From Sedimentisphaerales bacterium (GTDB lineage: Bacteria; Planctomycetota; Phycisphaerae; Sedimentisphaerales; SM23-30): DNA of 64,000 nt. The notes under the pieces were generated by a model. That model did no database searches and was not told where the DNA came from. It worked only from the letters and a program-made list of their open reading frames with translations. The translations under genes and the position numbers were made by a program. Location of the stretch: the NCBI GenBank assembly GCA_963663965.2, contig CAXXFK010000015.1, forward strand, positions 96,001-160,000, given 5' to 3'. Numbering within the stretch: the stretch's first letter is position 1; every line of letters begins with the position of its first letter. Shown one piece after another: positions 52,701-59,996 of this stretch.

Positions 52701-53075
52701 CTTCAACTTCGCATCCGGCCGGGCCGTAAAATCACGCGCGTCATCCGCCACCACCGTAATCTCCCTAACCGCCCAGCCATTTTTCAACCCGGCAATTTCC
52801 GGCATGGTAAACGTCTGACCCCGGTCCGCGTCGGCATTGGAATTCGTGGAATCCGGATCGAACACCGTCGTATACGAATTATCCTGGTTCTGCTCAATAA
52901 TCACATCCCCACTCGGCACAACCCGATCCTTCACCAGCGTCACCTCACCCACCACCACCCCGTTAAACAACAGCCCCAACAGCAACCCAGCAATCATCCA
53001 ACCCCGGCCGCCCCCATTGGTACGCCCAACTTCCGTCCGATATCCAGCATCAAGTTCACAGCTTCGTAACAACAT
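49752..53075 (-). CDS. modular secreted sulfatase (acidic Ca-binding repeats, S1 sulfatase, PA14, FN3, dockerin-like tail)
   Basis: PNIIFILCDDLG, CAPSR formylglycine motif, GKYGL, SDNG; DTDGDG repeat; C-terminal GDINIDGWVNLPDW. Confidence 0.9.
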   Translation of the reverse strand: MLLRSCELDAGYRTEVGRTNGGGRGWMIAGLLLGLLFNGVVVGEVTLVKDRVVPSGDVIIEQNQDNSYTTVFDPDSTNSNADADRGQTFTMPEIAGLKNGWAVREITVVADDARDFTARPDAKLKIWVFQWPSADGNDRSQWVNSDGVADGDPFDGTGISQFLIHGEEVGANFACVAGDFIHFRFDEPLLMKENQAYGFLLSFDDYSSAGEDLRIDVYRLSPGNTYPGGFNLIAQRTDVNSSNELKDDLRFFVVGTVSDTILDADPTVDSDHDLLTDKDELEIYKTDPEKADTDGDGTPDGMEVSKQLDPKNPNEKLERPNIIFILCDDLGYGDLGVLFQNQIPGTKKHFTPHLDTMAQSGIIMNRHYCPAPVCAPSRASLLLGVHQGHANVRDNQFDKALENNFTLASTLKSAGYYTSLIGKYGLEGSGSNPSEWPAYPTKRGFDFFFGYVRHSDGHQHYPGNTWDLGDSAAHRSKKELWDNDTEISGQLDKCYTADLFTARAKKLITEHRQANPNQPFFIYLAYDTPHAALQLPTQAYPDGRGLTGGLQWNGTPGAMINTASGTIDSWRHPDYVGKGWPDKDVRFATSVRRLDDCVGDLIQTLKDLDIDEKTLIVFSSDNGPHTEAYLSGVNYEPTAFKSYGPFDGIKRDTWEGGVRMPTLVRWQGTIGGNRISNQPSQFQDWMATFAELAGWTAPCRSDGVSLRPTLTGAGAQKDGLVYVEYYNNGSTPSYSDFDASHIGLKRNQMQVIFQEGYKGVRYNIQSHDDLFRIYDVNNDPRELTNLAGTSSYFVGLQQKMKDQVLRIRQINSTASRPYDSALVTPVTVPVERGIVWQAYEGLWPWVPEFRDMTPVATGSDAAIGLEHLTCPTDAGLLVCGYIDIPADGDWNFYLSCDTGAHLRIHDSQVIDDDFNHTGVEVAGMIKLAAGLHPFRLYYRSGRAEPMLTLQWSGPGIARQAIPAAVLYRDRTPLRAPGNLSAAPAGGAIELDWDNNPEGDIAGYNVYRTETPGSVLPSLIAAQVTDSSYRDTETMAGQNYYYIVRALDTAWNESEASQEAAAFYYRGDINIDGWVNLPDWEKLSESWLAAFQWTDVDAMITNWLNTSL

Positions 53076-53185
53076 GATCTCTCCAGTTGTGTGAGTGGTA
53101 TATATTTATCTAGATGGTTTCTACTCCTTTATATATCTTCTACCACCCGATCAGGTAACAAAAAACCCAATAATCCCAACATCCC

Positions 53186-53208
53186 GTAGCACGGGCATCC
53201 TGCCCGTG
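53186..53208 (+). repeat. GTAG-type REP-like palindrome
   Basis: GTAG followed by CACGGGCA-TCC-TGCCCGTG. Confidence 0.75.
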
Positions 53209-53299
53209 ATTCCCCCCCCTTCTCTCCTTCCACACCCATCCTGCCCGCGATTTTCTTCAATTCAGGCCAGCCAACCCGCATTTTCCTCTTCCCCACACT

Positions 53300-53324
53300 G
53301 TAGAGACGCAATGCTTGCGTCTCT
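53300..53324 (+). repeat. GTAG-type REP-like palindrome
   Basis: GT-AGAGACGCAA-TGC-TTGCGTCTCT. Confidence 0.75.
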
Positions 53325-53361
53325 GATGCATTCGTTTCATTTCAACTTTCGTATATTCAGT

Positions 53362-53898
53362 CTAAACCAACCTGTTCCGGTCAATCACAAAGCTGACGGC
53401 CCATTTTTTATTATTCGATTTATCCCATTCTTTATAACTGATCCCCTCTGATTTTACCATCCAGGTTTCCAAACCGTTTAAATTGCTGCCGGCAATGATA
53501 GATGCTGCTTCACTTGGACTGTTAAATAATGTATTTTCATTTAAATACCAAACATCGTTGCGTTCGCAGTCAACAAGTTTGCCTTCCTTTATCAAACCAT
53601 TACGAACTTCAATGCGACCTTTCTGCATGGAGGGATTTTGCTTTTTCAAGAACTCAGAACCCTGATAGACGATGAATTTACCGGGTTTATAGCAACCTCT
53701 GAATTCTCTGGCAATGGCCCATACTCCGTTATAATTCATTATAAGCAAAGGAGTAACTAACAATTCGGTTAGAATTTCACCTTTTGCTTTTTTAGGTAAA
53801 ACGCCTCTTCTAATTTCTTTTTCACTCCATGCAATATCAAAGCTGGTATTGCAATAATCAATAATATTTCCCAATAAATTGTTAAGAAGTTTTTTCAT
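53362..53898 (-). CDS. DUF4357-domain protein
   Basis: FIVYQGS...FNSPSEAASIIAGSNLNGLETW; AT-rich. Confidence 0.8.
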   Translation of the reverse strand: MKKLLNNLLGNIIDYCNTSFDIAWSEKEIRRGVLPKKAKGEILTELLVTPLLIMNYNGVWAIAREFRGCYKPGKFIVYQGSEFLKKQNPSMQKGRIEVRNGLIKEGKLVDCERNDVWYLNENTLFNSPSEAASIIAGSNLNGLETWMVKSEGISYKEWDKSNNKKWAVSFVIDRNRLV

Positions 53899-53923
53899 TT
53901 TAACTCACCGTTTTAATTTTGAT

Positions 53924-54160
53924 CTAAAGTTTTTTCTTTATTTTCCAGACGCCACTGCCTAATTTTACTGGCTCAAAACAGTCATGGCCTTTACCTCTTG
54001 AATTTTGCTGTAGCGCATTGCGAACCCATTCCTCATAATTATCGCCAAGCGTATCATTTCTAGATTTTCTCAATTTATATACTTCAGGGTAAATTTTAGA
54101 TAGATGAGCTTTGCCATTAAGCAGGGCTAATGCATTATAAACATCTTGATACCATTTCAT
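53924..54160 (-). CDS. small winged-helix-like protein
   Basis: W...V..AL..LNGKAHLSKIY..V...VRNALQ.NS...F....GSGVWK, resembling N-terminal wHTH domains of restriction nucleases. Confidence 0.65.
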   Translation of the reverse strand: MKWYQDVYNALALLNGKAHLSKIYPEVYKLRKSRNDTLGDNYEEWVRNALQQNSRGKGHDCFEPVKLGSGVWKIKKKL

Positions 54161-54224
54161 ATATATCACTTTTCATACTTATACTGTAGCATATCAACAT
54201 CTATGATGAACCAAATTTAAATAA

Positions 54225-54440
54225 TTAGGTTAACTCAGCTTTGGCTTTTTTTAGAATCGCATCAAGATTCTTCTTTAACTCGTTTACTTGATATTCAAGT
54301 TCATTATATATTACACATTCGGGTGTTATAAATCTAAATTCACCAACGCTAGAACTAGACTGAATGTATATTTGGGCGGATTTTTGACAAGGTAATTCCA
54401 GTCCTGTGCAGTCCTTATATTTGATATCGAATACTTTCAT
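54225..54440 (-). CDS. small hypothetical protein
   Basis: 71 aa ORF with GGAG RBS and a C-terminal amphipathic helix; AT-rich. Confidence 0.6.
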   Translation of the reverse strand: MKVFDIKYKDCTGLELPCQKSAQIYIQSSSSVGEFRFITPECVIYNELEYQVNELKKNLDAILKKAKAELT

Positions 54441-54583
54441 TTTGATTCTCCAAAATCTAAGTAATAATTTAAATAAGATTGTTAGATTAACACTCTTATA
54501 TAGTTATATATAATTGCAAGAAAACAAATGTAAATCAGATAACATTTATTTAACAGATAAAAAACAGTAACACAACATACAAC

Positions 54584-57103
54584 TCAACGGCAGACTCGAA
54601 ATCCTATGGCGTCGTGTCTGAATTCTGGGGCGTTGTAGCCCCTGTTCGATACCGTACAGTTGCTGACTTTGCTGAACCAACATCCGCCTCGGACCAAGCA
54701 AGTGTCGGAACTTACCATGCTTGTCCACTCTAGAACATTCCCTGCCATATCCGCAACCCCATAGCCATATACCCCAAAAGCTCCCACAGGGGTTGTGCCA
54801 TACGGATGAACTGAATCAAAATAGTTAGCAAGACTATTATTAATTGTCAAACCGCACCCATAGACGTAGTTACCATCATAGTCCGCAACTGCCTGCCATT
54901 CCCACTCAGTTGGCAAGCGCCAACCATAATAACTCGCAAAAGCCGCTGCGCCATACCAGCTCACATAAGTTACTGGATGATTCTCAAAACCACTATCTAC
55001 AATGAACTGTCCTCCACTGTTTTTAATCCTCGAAGCACCACCACTAGTAGCTCCATTATACGATTCGCCTGAACCCACAAGATTGTAATAAGATTGATCA
55101 ATGAAATCCTCTCCGGAGTTGGAACCATTGGCTCCCTTAATATCATTGCCATCAATTGCTATATCACCAGAAACAAGAGCAGCATTGAGGAACTGACAAT
55201 ATTGGGAATTAGTCGTTTCGAATTTGCTCATTTCTCCGATAAAACTTTTGCCAGATACTCCAGGATCTTCGATATTTATCCAAACAAATCCATCGGGTTC
55301 AGATGACGCTATCGATAAATTAACACTACTATTTAGATTTACAATACTTTCCGCCACAGGGTTCGATGAAAGCACTGTCCCTGCTGGTATTTCTAGACTA
55401 TTGATATTGGTTATTGTACCTACAATCAGATGCGCAGCCTCAAGTGTAAAAAAAGCATCCTGAATTGTCATTCCTATTACATCTGGCACAATCGTTTCCC
55501 AACCTTTGGATATCATTAGATCCACTTCAGAATTAACCGCGACAATCGTATCTGCCGGCGGTACTGACCGGATCACCATGCCGATGGGAACCGTTGGATG
55601 GTATTCATGGGAAACAGTTCTGATCTGAAGGGCAGCTTCGAGGATTAAGGCTTCAGCTTCCGATTGAGTCAGGCCGGTGACATCCGGCACTGTCGTTTCG
55701 TAGCCTTTGGAAATGACCAGATTTACCACCGCACCCACCGTTACAATGCTTCCATTGGCAGGCTCGGTGGCGACGGTCTGGCCTTCCGGAATTGTTTCGT
55801 GGAATATTGATATTATGGTACCAACTGTCAGTGATGCGGCCTCTATTTGAGCAGTTGCATCATTTTGAGACAGGCCGGTGACATCCGGAACCGTCGTTTC
55901 ATAGCCTTTGGAAATGATCAGCGTGACCGGTGTGCCCACCGGGACGGTCGTGCCTGTTTCGGGTTCAATTCCTGCCACAAAACCCAGCAGTATATCAGGA
56001 TTAAAAACATAGTTGACCGTTTCAACTGTCATCCCTTCGGATTCAATTTTATCAACGGCCTCTGTTTCTGTTAAGCCCGTCAGATCCGGGACGGTCGTTT
56101 CATAGCCTTTAGATACCGACAAGTTGACTGAGGAGCCCATTGGCACCTTAAATCCAACTGACGGTTCTGAACTGATAACAGCACCCAACGGTACTGTAGG
56201 ATGGAAAACATGAGTAACCGCTCCAATTGTCAGTGAAGCCTCTTCAAGACTGGCGATGGCTTCGGACACAGTCAGAATATTGACTTCCGGCACAGTGGCT
56301 TCCATCCAGTGGCGGGTGAAGAAAGCGAAATCTTCGGCATCCACTTTACCGTCACCATTCAAGTCTGGATGTACATAGATTGTATATCCGTTTCGGAAGG
56401 GTGCGATTTCTCCATCAATATTATCGGTGACATGCACATCCCATTTACCCGGTTGGGCATTATCCGGGATAACAAAAGTCGCCTGCAGGGTAGCGGCATC
56501 TATACCTGAAAATTCTCTGGCATGAATAGTATCCTCACCCTTCGACAGCCAGACGCCGGTTATCGTTGAACTTTCATCAAAAAAAGTGGTAGCAAAGCCC
56601 TTGATAGTAATTTGGGTCCGCCAGCCCTGGGGACAGATATTGGGTGTGACCGATATGATTTCAAATGGAACCGCTGACACCGAAACAAAATACTCATCGA
56701 TCACCGCCTTAACATTAAATTCCCGGATCGAAACATAATAACTACCGCCCGGCAGAATGGTTTGGATGCGCGAAAAGGAATCTGAACCGCCATCGTCATC
56801 CGACATTAACTCATTATTTTGGCTGTCAAACAGGCTGATTACGGTATCGCCCTCAACGCCGCTGGTTTCGATTATTGCTTCTGCAGCGGAATCCAGCGTA
56901 AAAGTTATCCAGTCAATATCAGCGGCAGGGTAAATAGAGTAACTTTGCATCTGGCCGTCTGTGCTTATAGCGCCCGCATTCGAAAAGTCATCATCCGGTT
57001 CATGACCATCGATCTCCTGAGCAACCGCCGGCATCCCGATGCAGATCAAACAAAAACTGACCAACATAACTTTTAAGCCATGACCTGACAAATACTTAAA
57101 CAT
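54584..57103 (-). CDS. secreted PPC-like, dockerin-like, 5x PASTA, FGE-sulfatase (C-lectin fold) protein
   Basis: Signal peptide; DDDGGSDSFSRI; DLNGDGKVDAEDF; five VP(D/E)..SKG repeats; HPVTYVSW, RLPTEWEW, DMAGNVLEW, RGG.W..GFR. Confidence 0.9.
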   Translation of the reverse strand: MFKYLSGHGLKVMLVSFCLICIGMPAVAQEIDGHEPDDDFSNAGAISTDGQMQSYSIYPAADIDWITFTLDSAAEAIIETSGVEGDTVISLFDSQNNELMSDDDGGSDSFSRIQTILPGGSYYVSIREFNVKAVIDEYFVSVSAVPFEIISVTPNICPQGWRTQITIKGFATTFFDESSTITGVWLSKGEDTIHAREFSGIDAATLQATFVIPDNAQPGKWDVHVTDNIDGEIAPFRNGYTIYVHPDLNGDGKVDAEDFAFFTRHWMEATVPEVNILTVSEAIASLEEASLTIGAVTHVFHPTVPLGAVISSEPSVGFKVPMGSSVNLSVSKGYETTVPDLTGLTETEAVDKIESEGMTVETVNYVFNPDILLGFVAGIEPETGTTVPVGTPVTLIISKGYETTVPDVTGLSQNDATAQIEAASLTVGTIISIFHETIPEGQTVATEPANGSIVTVGAVVNLVISKGYETTVPDVTGLTQSEAEALILEAALQIRTVSHEYHPTVPIGMVIRSVPPADTIVAVNSEVDLMISKGWETIVPDVIGMTIQDAFFTLEAAHLIVGTITNINSLEIPAGTVLSSNPVAESIVNLNSSVNLSIASSEPDGFVWINIEDPGVSGKSFIGEMSKFETTNSQYCQFLNAALVSGDIAIDGNDIKGANGSNSGEDFIDQSYYNLVGSGESYNGATSGGASRIKNSGGQFIVDSGFENHPVTYVSWYGAAAFASYYGWRLPTEWEWQAVADYDGNYVYGCGLTINNSLANYFDSVHPYGTTPVGAFGVYGYGVADMAGNVLEWTSMVSSDTCLVRGGCWFSKVSNCTVSNRGYNAPEFRHDAIGFRVCR

Positions 57104-57249
57104 GACTATTCCCCCTCAGAGAATAATAGTTTGGTATTATAAAGCAATTGTTACATGATCTATTGTATCAAAATGTCAACTCTTCTGTCAATCGTGGTAA
57201 ATACGGTATACCTGATCAATTTTTACCGCTGTTTTATTAAATCTCAAAT

Positions 57250-58450
57250 CCCTTTTCTTAAATCCTGTCAATATGCTGAAAGTCCCTATCTGTCGGGATT
57301 ATCCTGTCTAAAAGGCTGTTATATTTTTTCATCTCCCCACCCGTTCCGGAATTTATCCCGATATTCATCGGGACTCCCTTTACTTACTACACGGTGAAAA
57401 TGCATTTCATTTTCCCCTTCCGTACTACAATCCTTCAATTCTTTGTTATTTTAGCGAAGTTTTTTTGTGTTGGAGAATAGCTGATCTTTTAAAACAAAAA
57501 CTTATATCACTTTGCGCCTTCCGTCAACTATTGTCTCTCCCAGCCGTTGCCCACCCTTTGCACCTTAGCGTCTTTGCGTTAAACCGGCTGTTTTTCTGAA
57601 GCTTGGTGTGAGCTATTTTTGGCGTTGCGGCTTGACCGCCCTAAGTCTTTCCGTGTCTTTCCGTGGTCATATCTTCTTATATTTAAATATCTTAACTAAT
57701 TTTAATCTGCGTCCATCTGAATTCATCTGCGGTTCAAACCGCTGTTATATTTTATTTGAATTCCCTCTTTCTTAAATCCTGTATATCCTGTGATCCTGTC
57801 TAAAATGCTTTATTCTTCCCTGCTCCATAATAACCCCCCGGCCATTACCCTCTATGCCCTCCCAATCTCTGTGGTAAACACCGTCTTAAAAATGTATCCC
57901 GTGGCGCAGCCACCCTTAACCTTTTTGATATACTTTCTGATCCTATCTTATTTTAAAAGCATTTTATTACTGATTTCTTCCGTGTTTTTCCGCGTTTTTC
58001 CGTGGTTATAAGTTATTCTATTATAATTACTTAAATCAGTTTTTATCTGCGTCTATCTGTCCCGATATACATCGGGATATGCGGTTGAATCGGCTGTTAT
58101 ATTTTTTCTTAACCTTCGTGAAGTGCCGCAGGTCGAAAGATCCGCCTCAGGAGGACACCCTTCGTGTAGCCGAAGGTCGAAGATCCGCCTCAGGAGGACG
58201 CTTCGTGGTTAACCCCTGCCTTTAAAAAATTTAACTCGTGGCCCCGCCACTCTTTATTTTCATCCATTTCTCAGTTCTATCTTCTTTGATTTCAACTTCT
58301 TAACCCTGATTTCTTCCGTGTGTTCCGTGTATTCATTGGTCATATCTTCTTATATTTCAATATCTTAACTAATTTTCATCTGCGTCCATCTGCGGATAAA
58401 CCGGCTGTTAATTCTTCCTTTTACCTTCATGCTCTTCATGGTGAAAATTT
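57250..58450 (+). repeat. ORF-poor array of degenerate modular repeats (period about 335 bp) made of triplet micro-repeats
   Basis: TTCCGTG-repeat / 25-bp AT box / ATCTGCG-repeat / GCTGTTA block; ATCTGCG starts at 57705, 58045 and 58378. Confidence 0.85.
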
Positions 58451-58490
58451 CTTATATTACGTATTTAATACAAATAACAAAAATTTTTGT

Positions 58491-58519
58491 TTGACTATTA
58501 TTGAAATATGATCTATAAT
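58491..58519 (+). promoter_or_regulatory. sigma70-type promoter
   Basis: TTGACT, 17 bp spacer, TATAAT. Confidence 0.7.
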
Positions 58520-58592
58520 CCCAACAGTCGGCCAGCAACGGTCAAACTCAGAATGTTTTTTTAATTTGTTCTACAGAATAAGAGGTGAATCC

Positions 58593-59378
58593 ATGAATCG
58601 TTCCATGCAAATTCTCGCCCGCGCCCAATACTACCACCGCCCCGAAATCAACAACCTGTTCCTCGCCACCATCAACACCACCCGCCGCCAGCATCAATAT
58701 ATCATCGACACCCACTCCTACCACTGCGAACTGGCCGGCCTCATCGCATACGACCGCCGCGACTACAAACTCCGCGCCACCCGCGCCGGCCACCAGGCCC
58801 TCCAGCGCCTCGTCGTCCAGTCCCGCTCCGACAACAACGTCACCGCCCGCCGCGCCACCGCCCAACTCATCCAGCAATTCATCACCGTTTCCAACTCCTT
58901 CAAAGATTGCCTCCCCGATGGCCCGCCCACCGACCTGGAATACCAGCAGATCATCCAGCAATCCAAAGAAATCCTCTTCGAAGCCGGCTACCAGATCACC
59001 CCCGCCATCCAATGCGACCCCAACGCCACCCCCGAACCAGATCAACAACCCGAAACCCCGCCAATACCAAACGAACCCAAAGTCGGCAAATTCAACCATA
59101 ACACAAACAATAACAAAAACTTAGAAACAAACAATCCAACCCATAACAACCACCGCAACCCCAACTCCCAGTCCAATAATACCCAATCCGATCCACAGAA
59201 CCAAACACCCCATCAATACAACCCCAACCACTCCAACTACCCCCCAGCGCCAAACGAAGCCAATCCCAACAATTACAACTATAACGTCAATTTTAACAAT
59301 AATTTACCACCATACACCCCAACAGAACCATCCCTGGATGACTCAACCAGCACCACCCTCCAATGCCGCAATTACTGA
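58593..59378 (+). CDS. hypothetical protein with helical N-terminal domain and N/P/Q-rich tail (PNEPK, PNEAN)
   Basis: Promoter and AGAGGTG RBS; first about 135 aa of ordinary complexity, tail low complexity. Confidence 0.7.
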   Translation: MNRSMQILARAQYYHRPEINNLFLATINTTRRQHQYIIDTHSYHCELAGLIAYDRRDYKLRATRAGHQALQRLVVQSRSDNNVTARRATAQLIQQFITVSNSFKDCLPDGPPTDLEYQQIIQQSKEILFEAGYQITPAIQCDPNATPEPDQQPETPPIPNEPKVGKFNHNTNNNKNLETNNPTHNNHRNPNSQSNNTQSDPQNQTPHQYNPNHSNYPPAPNEANPNNYNYNVNFNNNLPPYTPTEPSLDDSTSTTLQCRNY

Positions 59379-59419
59379 CATCCCCCAACCACCCGAATCC
59401 CGATGCAAAACGAACCCAA
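59067..59419 (+). repeat. bipartite motif CCAAACGAA(C/G)CCAA-N18-TAAC-N18-TTA, two full copies and one partial
   Basis: 59067-59123, 59250-59306 and CAAAACGAACCCAA at 59406-59419. Confidence 0.85.
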
Positions 59420-59557
59420 CGATAAAAAATAAGGTAACGCCAACCACCACAACCTGACAATCTAACCGCCGTCTTGACCCAGAATTCAAGTCGGCCCGGA
59501 TTATGTGTGCATTGAACTCCTCAAATACGAATTTTATTGAGGGTTTATGTTACCCAT

Positions 59558-59953
59558 TCACAAGACCGCATCCAGAACATGCTCCGCCACGAACACCGGG
59601 CACTGATGAAAGATACTCAAAGCGATCGCGTCGCTGGGCCGGCTATCCACCACGATAATCTCACCTTCCCGATTCAGGATCAACTGGGCGTAAAAGGTAT
59701 GCTCCCGCAAATCGTTAACAATCACTTGCTCCAGCCGGACACGCAATGCCTGTAAAATCCCCGTTATCAGATCATGTGTCAACGGCCGCGGCGGCACATA
59801 TTGATTCACATAGCGGTTTATCGTCACCGCCTCATAAGAGCCGATCACAACCGGCAAAGCCCTCTCACCCCCCTTTTCCTTCAATACGATGATCTGTTCG
59901 TCACTGGTCTCGCGAATAATTATTTTTGCCAGTTCCATCTCAATGTTCATCAT
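59558..59953 (-). CDS. bifunctional nuclease family protein (DUF151)
   Basis: LPVVIGSYEA, PRPLTHDL, TFYAQL, DSRPSDAIAL. Confidence 0.93.
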   Translation of the reverse strand: MMNIEMELAKIIIRETSDEQIIVLKEKGGERALPVVIGSYEAVTINRYVNQYVPPRPLTHDLITGILQALRVRLEQVIVNDLREHTFYAQLILNREGEIIVVDSRPSDAIALSIFHQCPVFVAEHVLDAVL

Positions 59954-59996
59954 AAAAGCCCTCTTATGGGTGGGCGCCGGTCTGATCGAAATTTTA

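Noticed and set aside
53330..54580. Integron cassette array
   Set aside because: No attC-like inverted repeats seen between the small genes and no integrase
54584..55300. True formylglycine-generating enzyme for the nearby sulfatase
   Set aside because: Lacks the catalytic cysteine arrangement of FGE and sits at the tip of a secreted repeat protein; better read as a binding fold
57250..58450. CRISPR array
   Set aside because: No identical 23-50 bp repeats with regular unique spacers, and no cas genes in the window
59040..59340. AAC-rich stretch as a DGR template repeat
   Set aside because: No similarity to the variable region at 54584-54700; the AAC richness follows from the local A/C bias
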